Assembly: GCA_030704615.1 (NCBI GenBank)
Contig: CM060734.1
Span: 48,980,001 to 49,044,000 of the forward strand
Direction of reading: 5' to 3'
Length of the DNA: 64,000 nucleotides
Origin: Takakia lepidozioides
Taxonomy: Eukaryota > Plantae > Bryophyta
Shown here: piece by piece, positions 1-12,100 of the stretch
Layout of the letters: each line of letters begins with the position of its first letter
Numbering within the stretch: position 1 is the stretch's first letter
Notes under the pieces: generated by a model
Told to the model about the DNA's origin: nothing
The model's input: the letters and a program-made list of their open reading frames with translations, nothing else
The model's database searches: none
Program-made: the position numbers and the translations under genes

Positions 1-3000
1 TGGCCGTGAGTCTTCTCTCTCTCTCATGCATTCCCACATTATGCCTCACGTAGCATCATTTCAAGTGCGCCAGGTTTGAGGTCAACATAGTGTGTGGGGG
101 CAATGGCTAGGTCGGAGCATGTAGCTTGTTGCCTGTACATGAAGAAGCCAATGCAGCTGGAGAACAGGCAGTGTTTCTTAGTAAGTCTTCTTCACCCACT
201 CTCTCTTTCCCTCCTCTTTTTGGATTCCCACTTGTATAAGTGTCCCCTGAACTGTGGCCATATGAAACTGTAGAAGGGACAATTTTTGGGCCAAGGCAAA
301 CTCTTTGAAAACTAGTGGGAACTGATAGAGAGAGACCTGAGGGGCTGTCCTCTGTTCCCCCTTTACCTGCTCCAGTTAAACCTGGCTTCTCCATCTCTCT
401 TTCCGTTCCAAATTGAGACACCTTCCACCGGCCTGGTTTGTGACTGAAAGGTCGCCACCATGCCAAAATTCTTGTGATGTTGCTCCTTTCGACTGAAGGT
501 TTACCAGCTTGCAAATTATTCTCGAGCATCCACAAGTCACTTTCCTACAGTGACAATGACCTCCTGGTGATGTGATTTCAGCTGCAGATGCAGGAGTGGC
601 AGGAGCTTTCAGCAAGTACTTAAAGAGGTGCGCAGTTGCAAGTATGTGGTCTTTCTGTTCCAGCACCTGCTTGCTCAATATCAGGGCTCATGCTTTCCTT
701 CATCTAGATGATTTTATATGTCAGTGAGGAAGCTATGAGTTTTTAAATTTTTTGAGTGGATTCCTTAGGGCCTCTCTTCCTTAGGGCCTCAATGGTCAGA
801 GAAGCTCTGCCACTGGGAATGGTCACTAGGCCTCATCAAAAGCTGTTGATGATTTTCGATTGGCAGTGTCTGATCTTATGTGGACACTGGTAGACTCTTC
901 TGAAGTGTCTTCTTGTATACCAGAAAGAAGCTGGACCCACTTGACACCTATATACCAACAGTTCTGTTGGCACAACTCCAGTTCCAAGATGTTGGTATGA
1001 TTCTCTACACAGAAAATGTTATTGCAAAATTTAGGGTCTTTACATGGGGTTTGCGGTTATGGTTTTTGACCACCAAGTATTGTTGTGAATACTCTACCCA
1101 ACAGGAGGTCCAGAGGTTGAGTTTTGATTGTGCTGTCCTTGCCATCAAGCTGGACAAGGGGCAGATGCATTTTGAGTCAGTGATACACAAACAATGGCTC
1201 CTTCAGTTTGGATACTCCTCCTCCATGCCGTTCCTTCCTTCCCTGCATTGAAATGTTTGTAGTTTGGAAAGAATCTGATAGTGAGCATGAGGGTCTTTTT
1301 CCAACACAGGTGGCAAGCTAGTTGGAGAACAACCGGCATTTTCTGATGCCCGTTCCCTGTTGCGATCAGGGCCTGCAGGATCTCTTCGCACTGACATTCG
1401 TGCAGTAAGCTGCAATTCTATATCTTGCTCATTCATAAATGCCTGCCAACATTTGCATCTGTAGTCTGGATAATCTGAATGTTATTTCTGGATGATGAGA
1501 TATTCTATCTATCCAAAGAACCTGAGGATGAAAATGAGTTAGTAGTAACCCAAAATGGTCAGGTCCAACATTCAAGGACAAGCTTTTGTAGAGGTACAGG
1601 GCAATCATGCAGAATCCTTATGTTGTTAAAATCATGGAACTGGTATAACCAGCATTGTAATCAAACTTTCGCTGGAGTTCCCGAACTGGGGCATCTCTTG
1701 GCACTTTCTTATTTTAGCACTTTTCTTATTAGCTTCTTCCATGGTTGGACGTGCTTTCAGTTTCTAGTCCCAGTTGGTGAAGACTGAGTTCAGAGCTGTT
1801 TCAAGGAATAGCAACTACAAACTGCATTTTTGAGTTTTCTTTGGCTCGCCATAGGTGATACAAGCAACTATCTAAAACTCTACCTGGTCCCTTCTCCCCA
1901 TTGCATGCCTCACATTCAACGAACTGGTATTTGGTGCATGGATCATTGATACACATGACATGTAGTTGTGTGCACGGGCAACGAGGTTAATTTACAGGGC
2001 AGCGGGGTTTTGCTAATCCATGTAAGATGTTGACAGGTGGCACAGTATGCAGCTGAAGCAGGTGATGGCAAGGTTGCCGCTGACGCTGTTGACCAATGTC
2101 TCAGGTATCTAAGTCCATGCTTTTGGGCCTTCAACGCTTTACTGTGGAGCTCAGCCTTATCAGATTGGTGAATGTAAAGATAACGAAATATTCGCAGAAA
2201 AAAGTATTGGTTCTTCATCACACCTTTCTGTCATTTAAATCTCCAAACTCACCTGTTTTCAGAGAGTTGTCTGGTAAATAGAAAAGTGCATGAGGTGGTC
2301 ACAAATGCTTCTAAAAGATGTGCTGCATACTGGGCTCCTCACTTTTAAACTTGGTGAGGTTTGATGAATGCGTCTCTGATGCATTTCAAATCAGAAACTC
2401 TGATTGTACAATCTGCCGCCAAGTGTGTTCTATCCTCTTGATTTGATATTTACAATGCTGGGGCAGTGCCTTGGAGGACCTGGACTCTCTCCTGATTCGA
2501 GCAGCAAGGAGTGAATCCTCAGCATCAGTTGAAACCATGAAAGTTAGAATCTCCACAGCTGTGACTGCCTTAGACAGGTATTCGTTTTGAAGCCTCGCCA
2601 AGTGCAGTATTTTGTCAGAGAATTGAATGAGATTGAATGGGCATTATGCTGTCATGTAATGAAAGCAGATCCACAGCACAAAGTTAATTGTGCAAGGACA
2701 AAGATGCTTGAAACCTTCCATCTGTACACCAATGGCTAGTGCACAAATCCTTGTAAGGGATTAGTTTTCTTAGGCAGTATTAGAAGTCTTCTTCAAGATG
2801 AAATTTCTCATCTTACTCTGGTCTCAATGACGATGGAAACTGCTGACCTTGTATATTTGAGAAGTTCAGTATGCCACTATAGAAAGCTCTCTGGACGATA
2901 CTGGGAGTGTTTGCTTAAAGTTGTGGAACAGTTAAAAACATCACACTCTCATGATATGGCGATAAGGCTGTTTTTGGCTAACGATTTATTGGCATCTTCT

Positions 3001-4087
3001 GAAATTTTGTTCTTAGATGGCTTGAAGAGCCATTAAGACTGCAAAGTTTTCTGAGTGTGATCTTTTCCTCTTGAATTTTTCATAGGCCTCTTTTCGGTCC
3101 AAAGAAAAGTTGTCTGTCTAGACTATTGATGCACTTTTTGCTAGGTGTTGGTGGATGTGGGGTTATTTTGCTCATTTGTTGGTTGTGACCTGCAGGCTTC
3201 TAGCTACTGTGCCTTCGCCCATATTGGAGAAGGGAAAGGCAATTGCCACAGCATACAGGGAGGAACGTGCTCCATCTGATTCAAATTCCAATGCAGACGA
3301 GCCCGATCTGCTAAAGGGGCTTCTATAAGACTGCCTTGAATGAAGTTAGGTTAGGATGCCCTTCTATGTCTTTCTGTCCATATCAAAGGCCGACTTCTGT
3401 GCCATGTGGTTATGACATCCGTAGGGGTTGTCCTACACAAAAGACAATTTCAATCCCCTATACGACAGTATACCAGACCATGGCTGGCTTTCCCTGCATA
3501 GAACTCAGATTAGAGTAGAATGGATCTCAGAGTGCATTTTATGGATATTTATATCTTTGAAGAGGTCAAACATTGCATGTGACTTGGCCATCCATTTTAT
3601 GACAGCACACAATTGGGATATGCTGTGTGGCGGTGGACACATATAACTATGTGGAATTGCGAGTCTTAATTTATCAGACCCATGGCCAGGGCTGGGGTGA
3701 TTGCCACAGTGAATCAGCAGGCATCAAAATCTGTCCTGACTCTTATGTAGAACAGTCAGGCTATGGGTGAGCTAAGCAAATCCTTACAACAAGATGACAA
3801 GGCTGTCCTAGCTTCACTGGTGACAGTTTGTGACATGTATAACAAAGGCGCAGGTCAACGTCGATTGTTGAAACTGAAACCTTCAGTGATGGTCCGAAAA
3901 TTGGTGACTTCTTTGGCACTAATTTGGGTCCCACAGTTCAAGTTTGATAAGGTCTTCATGTGAGCTCCCTAAAATATTTTGGGACCCGTCCCTACGTCAG
4001 GCGCTGAGTATCTGGGATTCATACAATCAGATATTTGCTGTAGGAAGTTGGCCTTCAGGTCTGGGGTCCAATCCCTGGTACAGCTCA

Positions 4088-4272
4088 TCTTAATTTTTTA
4101 ATTTTTCTTAAAGAAAGGAAACCTGGAATCCGAGTGGGCACACAGGAGGGAAAGGTCACCCGCAGACCAACCGGCCACGCAAAAAGTCATACCCGCAGGA
4201 CAGAGTAGCAGGATTTGAATCCTGAAAAACCAGGGTGACACACGGTGCACTTATCCAACCAGCCCTAGGTTA
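4088..4272 (-). mobile_element. tRNA-derived SINE-like element
   Basis: The minus strand reads TAGGGCTGGTTGGATAAG (A-box-like), then GGATTCAAATCC (B-box-like, 4211-4222), a GC-rich body and an A-rich tail (about 4088-4112). No cloverleaf acceptor stem was seen. Confidence 0.5.
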
Positions 4273-4511
4273 AAAAGTTTTTCCTCCTAGGTAATAAAGT
4301 TAATAACTTGGGCACCGTGACCGCCCCCTTTGCCATTATTATAAGAGAAAGAACAGAAAACATTGATCTTCCCACTCATCATGCTACAACTTGCAGAATC
4401 CCCCAAAAGCAAATCCAAAGATCACACTTGATCACTGCATAGAGCCCACCCCCAAAGGACACACCTTACCCGCAAAAACAGGTCTTATCTGTGCTAACTC
4501 TGATTCGCCCC

Positions 4512-4722
4512 TCATATGTACCATAGTACCTTGCTAATTTCGACACAAATTTTAATATTTCAAAGATTGTTGAAAATTTTGGAAATTTTGATTTTGATAA
4601 CTTTGTGAATGATAATAAAGAATCTTTGGGAATATTCCATATGTTGAAATGAAATTCTCAAAATAAAATAAATATTCGACAGATGATTGTTGAACTTGTC
4701 AAGGTACTATGGTACATTATGA
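4512..4722. mobile_element. MITE (about 210 bp, AT-rich) with perfect 18-bp inverted termini
   Basis: ATGTACCATAGTACCTTG (4516-4533) and its exact reverse complement CAAGGTACTATGGTACAT (4700-4717), extendable imperfectly to about 35 bp. The TSD is ambiguous. Confidence 0.75.
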
Positions 4723-5496
4723 TCGTGTGCGGTACGTAGGAAACTTCCTGTGGGATGCTCATCATCTAACACTTGTCCAATGGAAGTTGTGGGTTAGCCA
4801 TCGTGTTTTTCTCATTTCAAATTTCGCAGGCGGGGCCACATGTGAATTCTACCCAGTGACCATGTGGCAAGAATAACGAGGTGGCAGGGTTAGAAAAGTG
4901 CTATACACCAGGTGGCACGTTCTAACTGGTCCATGCTGGCAAAATCAGGCTCCGGATACTCAAATACTGGCACTTTTTGGCGAAATTTTCAGATTTTACA
5001 CCCCATAATTCCGTTGTACAAGTAGCTGACCCTTTTTTTTTTTTTCCCCCATTTTCTAAGTCGAAATCTGGCGATCTTTTGAGAGAGAAAAGAACACCGC
5101 AGCAGCCTTAGTATTATGGCAGTATGGAAGGGTTTGGAAGTCTGTTGTGTAGAGTAAAAGTGGTGTGGTCACTGTGGTTCTGTGCACTTGAGAGTGTGAC
5201 AGAAGGTCACTACGTACTGAGGAGGAGACGATGGAGAAGATACTCTCTCGTTGAGAGTATATTCCCTCTTGCCGTCAATCTTTTTTTTCATCCGTCAGGA
5301 CGACCTTTTCATCTCCAAGAGTTTACATCCGTCCGAATGTCACCGCAGCTTAAGATGTGCGCGATGAGTTTGCCACAGTTCCGGCGCCGGCACGTACCGC
5401 ACCGATCGAGCATCCACGCAGTCAAATAATCGGCGGCGCACAGATAACACGTTCTCAATGGCCGAACTGGGCTCGGCCTGGTTTCAGGTTCGGAAG

Positions 5497-5505
5497 AAAA
5501 TATCT
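5497..5505 (+). promoter_or_regulatory. Evening element (AAAATATCT) upstream of GI
   Basis: Exact 9-bp match about 610 bp upstream of the GI ATG. The EE is the CCA1/LHY/RVE binding site that phases GI expression in angiosperms. Confidence 0.75.
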
Positions 5506-5644
5506 GTCCCGAGCCTGAGGCGGGCTGTTATTAGCATGGATGTTGACATTGCGAGCTGGCACATCGACTACTAAGAAACAAGTCATAGTGCCAATCGGGG
5601 ATATTGTAGTATAAACATCGACTGGTAGGGAAAGGGGACGATTT

Positions 5645-5676
5645 GATTCGAAACGGACGAGTGAAGAAGGCCACGT
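5645..5676. promoter_or_regulatory. LUX-binding-site motif GATTCG (5645-5650) and ABRE core ACGTGGC (minus strand, 5670-5676) between the two evening elements
   Basis: Both motifs are seen directly. They are short, so function is inferred only from the GI promoter context. Confidence 0.45.
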
Positions 5677-5736
5677 CGGAAAGGACAAAGTGCCAAGTCG
5701 GAGGCGAGAGGCCGGAGGCTTCTCGCAGCGCCAGCC

Positions 5737-5745
5737 AGATATTTT
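5737..5745 (-). promoter_or_regulatory. Second evening element (AGATATTTT on + strand) upstream of GI
   Basis: Exact reverse-complement match about 370 bp upstream of the ATG. Confidence 0.75.
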
Positions 5746-6114
5746 GTATGTGAGAAGAGGGTGGGGGGGATCTCCCCTGCAGCTGGGGAGAAGTGAGGAA
5801 TGGAAGGAGGAATTCGGGACGGAGCGAGAACGTATGTGGGGAGAACGGTCTGTGATGGGGTTGAGACATAGATGTTTGCAGGTTGGTTGTGAGAAGATGC
5901 GGGGAGCGCAGTGATGGAAGAGGAGACGGCGTTCAATCGGTTTGGGTAGTTTGTGCAGGATATGGAACAAGGCTGGAGTGTTGCAGATAGAAATTGTGGT
6001 CTTGGCGAATTGGAGATGGAGGGGTATGGCTACCCCTCGGATTTTTGAAGCTGTTCAGGTTTCTGTGGGCGGGGTTGTACAGTCGGGGGATCGGAGGGGG
6101 AGAGTGGGGAGCCC

Positions 6115-9100
6115 ATGTCATTTCCCAGGCAGCAATGGCTTCGGGGCCTCAAGTCTTCGTCTTTGTACAGGCCTCCGCCGGCCAACAGACACCAGCGTCA
6201 GGTATGTTTTTTATTTGTCCGGCCTCTGTGGTGGTTCTTTTGTAGCGGTTAGCTGGCTCGGAGCATTTTGGACTGGCCATATGGCGGAGATACATTTTTT
6301 GTGCTGAAGTAATGCTAAGTTCGTTCCTCAAAATCGTAGGCGGTTGTCAAGGGGTAGTCAAGGGGTGCTCTTGATCGCCTGATGCTGTAGATGCGATAAA
6401 GTTCAGACTTTGGAAACTCAAACGAGTAGCTTCAACTTCTCTTAGCCAGGAGGCTCTGGATAGTTTGCGCTTATTACCCAAAAGTTTGTTGGTAGACTCA
6501 AGTATTGGCAGTTAGCCAAGGGAGGAGTTTGAATTGAAACAAAAAGAAGACTCAAAACAGATACTGCTTTTGCCTCTCTGCACGAGAAGGGAACACTATC
6601 AATCAAACCTTTTGGGAAAGAATTATTGCGGAGGGTGCCTTGTCTCCACTTTACGTTGTCTGTTGAGAGCCAATGTAAGCTGAACCATCAGCTTGAAGAG
6701 CTGTAGGATTTCGGGCCATTCAAGTCTACTTTTTTCTTAGGGTAAAGTCCAGCCTCAGTTTGTGCTGTGGAAAAGGGCAATGGATAATCACCCATACTCG
6801 TGTTTTGAACCGTTCGGGAGCCTTGCAGAAGTTGTCTTGAGGCCGGAAAGAAGGGATAATCTGCCACAGGTTTTCATGTCAAGTCTTCAACATTCAGTAC
6901 TCAGGCTAGCATTGTCTGGACGATTTTATTTAGAACACAAGTTGCTCTGGATGCTGAGAATCAAGACCGCAAATAAAACTCCTTTATTGCCTGCTTATCA
7001 CAGTGCAGACTGTGTCAGCAATGTGTTACAAATCAACAACAGCTTCTAAATGCAAGTGACCAGGAACCAACTTCCATTTTATCATCTACCCACTGTAAAC
7101 CACAATTCCCATTATATCAAATGCAATGGGATGTTTACCATTACACATCACTAGTTTTGGCAATTGTAAATTCTCTGGACTGATACAGCGCTCTACCTCA
7201 GATCAAGTCGGAATTAGGATACTGAAAGGATTGGCAAGTTGATATGGATCACCAACTGATTTCACTTTCTTGATCTATTTGCTTAGGTGAGTAGTGGCCT
7301 CTAAAGTATGAACCACGGAATGTGACATTTAGAACCTATGTTTATAACTTGTCAGGTGACCAGATTGGGAATGTTCTATTGGGGTGTGCCATGTGTCCCT
7401 TCACTGTAGTAACACCTATGTAGCTGCGCGGATGCACGTTGAACAATTTTCTTTACCATAAATTCATAATGTGCTTGGAAGTGCTGAGACCATGGGTGCG
7501 TGGCAGTAGGAAACCCTCTTGCCAGACGACCTCGTATTCCACACTACCTCTTCATTCCTTATTTTGTTTGAAAGAACCAGATGAGGGGAGTCCAATAGCT
7601 TGAAGGACTGGAGCCACCTGTGCTCCTGTTTACACTGCTTGAAAGCAGTTCAGATTTCAGTTGTTCAATCTACATTCCTGTCCCTTGTGTTGGTGCCTAC
7701 ACATGTTAAGTTCAAAGATGGATCCTCTATTCTCCGGAACATTGGATCAAGAACGCTAAGGAGAAATCAAGGTTCTACTTTCCTGAAGATCACCTCGTGC
7801 CACTAATGCAACCACAGCGCTGAGGAGGGTTTGACATGGGAGTGACTAGGGTGCCTTACGACTCTAAATTCCAAGGTGGAAGAACAGTTGATCAAAAGAA
7901 TGGTTCGAGTTTTAGCAGATTGCTCTGGCCATTTTGAAACAATGTCGTGCGGAGAAGTCGGTAACCGTATTTGGCAGAACCTAGAGTCCGAATCTATGTT
8001 TTGAAGTAGCACCATGGGCTCCTGATGGATTTTGTGCGAGTGCCTAATCGGTTTGGATCTGAAGCTGTATATGTCTGTCTATTTGCAGACAGAGGTATTG
8101 GAATATGTGGAGCTTTTTGGACAGTTTGCATCAGATGCCTTTGTGGACGACATTGGCGAGGTAATTCCTCTCTTGTGTGTTGACAGGTCACCAATATGAG
8201 AACTGTTCAGTTGAAAATTAGACTTCTGATTTGTGCTACTCTTTATCGTTTTATGAAAACATGTAGGTGCAAAAAAAAGAATGTCCTATCTGATGTTTGC
8301 TTAATTGTGCTGTTTGTAGGTTTGATGGTAGATGTGTGATTGTGCTGTACCTTCACTCCTCTACATATATGTATTGATGTTACCGATGAATGTGGCAGCT
8401 TGTTCGGGGGCATTATCCCAGCGAGGAGGTCTGCCTCCTGGATGATGTTCTAGGTATGCGTGCACTCCGATTGTAAATCACCACGCAGGGTAACAAAAGG
8501 GCTGGTCTTGGTGTGTTTGTGGTAACTCCTTTTGGTCTGGGCTGCTAGTAATACACTGTTTAGAGATGCTAGATAAAGCCTGTAACCAAGGTTGACCAGG
8601 AGATAGGAGTGCTGTAGATTTTGTTCATGAGACCTAAATCTGGACAATGCGTTCTCTGAAGCTACGATTGATTGGAGTATTCAGGAGGCTTAGATGTGGG
8701 GTATTCAGTAATTGTTAAGTGACAATTTATCTTGTATTTTGATACCTTATTTTAGGAGTTCTGGTTACTACACTTCATGTTTGAGAAGGTTGAAGGTTTG
8801 GAGCTAATGATGGTGTGGTTTGTGGATATGCATGATAGCAACTTTTGTGCTGCACCATCCAGAGCATGGGCATGCTATTTTGCATGCACTTCTGTCATGT
8901 GTGATAGATGGCACTCTCATCTACGACAAAAAGACCCCTCCATTTGGGTCTTTTGTTGCCTTATTCAGCCCATCCAGCGAGGTACTCCCCCTTAACTGGT
9001 TTCTTTGTTGACCCATTTGGTTTGCCCACCTCACTGCGTTGCACATTGTGAAAGATACTTGGGTGTCACAGCTGCAGCTTTCAAGATGTGGCATTTATTT

Positions 9101-12100
9101 TGTATCTCTTATGTCCGGGTTTTTCACTTGTCTGTGTGATCTAGTGGGTGTGTGAGAAGCCCGGTTAGTAAGTAGTTGTGCATTCAGTTTTTGCACTCTG
9201 CAGTAATGTCATGTCGGATAGGCAGGAGGGTGTCCAACATCTCTGATGTCCTGTGTTGTCGTCCTCTTTTGGTGGCCTGGTTTGAGCAGCGGGAATTTTC
9301 AGAGCAATGGGCCCTTGCATGTGGGGAGACGCTGAGAATTCTGACTCACTACAATCGACCCACATATAAAGCTGAGACTAGTTGGAATGGTGGAAGAGGT
9401 GGGGATAGTTCAAGCCCCAGTTCCAGCAGGGCAGGGGGTGGTCAGGGTGGTGAGAGTGAGCACACTTTTCAGGAGAAGCGTGTACCAACAAGGCTGTTGA
9501 CGCCCTGGATCACTGAGAGTCTTATTGCTGCCCCCTTAGGAATTCGCAGTGACTATTTCAGATGGTAAGTAGTAGCTGATATTTATGTAGGTGGCTCCCT
9601 ACCTCAATGTTTGCTAATATAGATGTACAAGGGTTATTTTCCATGTACCAGGAAACCAGGACTCTGGACTCTCAGATCATACCATGCTCAATAGACATGG
9701 ATAAAGCCGGGCAGTACCTACAAGGGAAGAGGCTCTTATTTACGCTAACTTCGGTTGGCGTCGTCTCTCTCTCTGGATAAAGCTTCTAGCTGAAGGGAGA
9801 GAGTTGGTGTCCTTATTTTTTGATGCAATGTTCTTGTAGAATGTATCACCACAGTGGACTTGTATATCAGCGCTGTGTCTGTGTGGTATGATTTGAAATC
9901 TGTTACTGAAGGAGGGTATCATGTTCTAAATGGTTGATATTTTGGACTACAGTTGAACTCCTGGTGTTATGGCTAATGGCATACATTCTGTAAGCAGGTG
10001 TGGAGGGGTTATGGGTAAATATGCAGCAGGGGTTGAACTCCGGCCTCCAACTACTGGTGAGGAAATTCATTGGGTTGCCCAGTATTCTGTGGTAATCAGC
10101 TTTTGCTTAGATCTGAAAGTCCCTGGTCACTTTCCAACGTGGTCTTTTTGCAGGTTACCAGGGCTTCAGCTTCCTGATAGTATCTGCTTCACTTCACAAG
10201 TGTCTTTTCATATTTTAAGTTCCTCACATCTTTAGTGGGTGTCCCTTCAAGTAGCATCAATTTGTACTGCATGTACTACTGTATTGGCAGGATTAATGTA
10301 GGATTGCTCTCCAATAGATGATCTAAGCAATGTGTGTGGAACTTTTAGAAGTTCTCTGAATCCGTGTTCGCAGGTTGGGGTCTTCTCATTTTCACCAAGA
10401 TGAGATACCATTCAAAAGCTCCCCATGTGCAGTGGTGGAGGGAATACTAGGCTGTTCATGTGCCATACCTTAATTGCTTGCCCAGTTATTGCATCTCTGC
10501 CTGTAGAACGTGTCAGTGCTTGGACTAATTTTAAACACTCTGAGATTCAGGTATTTTACTCCAAAACTTATTAGAAGTTTGTTGTGAGACTTGAGCAGTG
10601 AGGTTTTTAGTTACAAGCAATTACTCAGGAAGCTCATCTAGGGTGGCATTTTGGTTTATGGGGTGGAAGCAATTGGAGGGAGAGGACAAGGTAAGCATCC
10701 GCAGTTGTTGTCATCAACACCAAGATGGGCAGTGGCTAATGGAGCAGCTGTCATATTAAGTGTCTGCGAAGATGAGGTGATGCGTTATGAGACAGCTGAT
10801 TTAACTGCTGCTTCAGTGCCAGCACTGTTATTACCCCCACCTGCCACGGCCCTTGATCAGCATCTTGTTGCCGGCTTGCCCCCGCTTGAGCCCTACGCTC
10901 GCCTGCTCCACAGGTGGGTCTTTTGTCTTTTGAGTGGTTTTCTGGACTCTAGGACTGAAGTTGGATGACTATGTGCAAAACAGACATAGTTCTGGCTGTT
11001 AGGAATGGTCATTGTAGCTTCCTGGCAACTCATTGGGGCTAAAGCTCTTGAGATGTACTTGTCACGTATTCATAGCGTGGGAATGGATGGCAGATATTAT
11101 GCCATTGCAACACCGGGAGCAACACAGAGGTTGCTGCTGGGTTTACTGGAAGCTCCCCCTTCATGGGCACCAGATGCATTGGATGCTGCCGTCCAGCTTG
11201 TGGAACTGTTGCGTGCTGCAGAAGATTTCAGCTCCTCTGTGCAGGTCTGTGGCTTTATATAAAACTCTCCCACTGCCCCTGTGCATGGAAATTGATTGTG
11301 AGAGCAAGAGGTACATTTAGGATGAATAGGCCCACGTCCAAGGGCCATTACCAACAGAAATTATCTTGCCAAAGCAACAGAGGAACCCACTTTATTTTCT
11401 CTGAGGTGGTTGCAGATACCCTGTCTGTCTCCTTGCTTTATTACTCCATATTGCAGTGACAACAGTGATAGGTATGACCCTTAAAAGTTGCTATTTTATC
11501 CTCATCAACAGTGGTGGACTCACTTTCCATATTAGTGGGCTACACTAGTATTGAGTTGGAACAGGTGGTGGCAAGTTCCACCTTGCTTGGGCTCTTGACC
11601 AGGCAGAGCCATATACTTTGATGTGGAGCTGTTTTAAGTTTTTTAAAAGCTCATCTCACAGTCATGGTGACACTAGGAATTTTACATGGCTTGCTGAAAA
11701 CCCTGAAAGCTAATTATGCTCTTTGATTTGCTGCCTACTGCTTCTGAAATTCAAGGCTCATATCCTGGCTTCTCTCCTGGTTTTCTCCTTGCATGATTGT
11801 GCAGCTCCCTAGGAGCTGGCTGCACCTACACTTTCTGCGGCCAGTTGGAGCTGCCATGGCCGTGCGCTCAGGGATTGCTGCAGATGCTGCAGCAGCACTG
11901 CTGTTTCGGATATTTTCACAGCCAGCTCTCCTCTTCCCTCCACCTGGACATGCACAAGGTGTTAGGATCAACCAACCCTTGTATGGGGCTGCTGGCCATC
12001 CAAACATCCAGGAAGTGGTGAAGTACTCTGTCTTTGTCTTCTGCATTTTCTTGAATATCTCATTATTGTCAGACATTCTATGTTGAGATGATTAGCGAGA

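Noticed and set aside
5124-6100. Short overlapping ORFs upstream of GI
   Set aside because: They lie in GC/GA-rich promoter and 5'UTR sequence and have no recognisable protein motifs.
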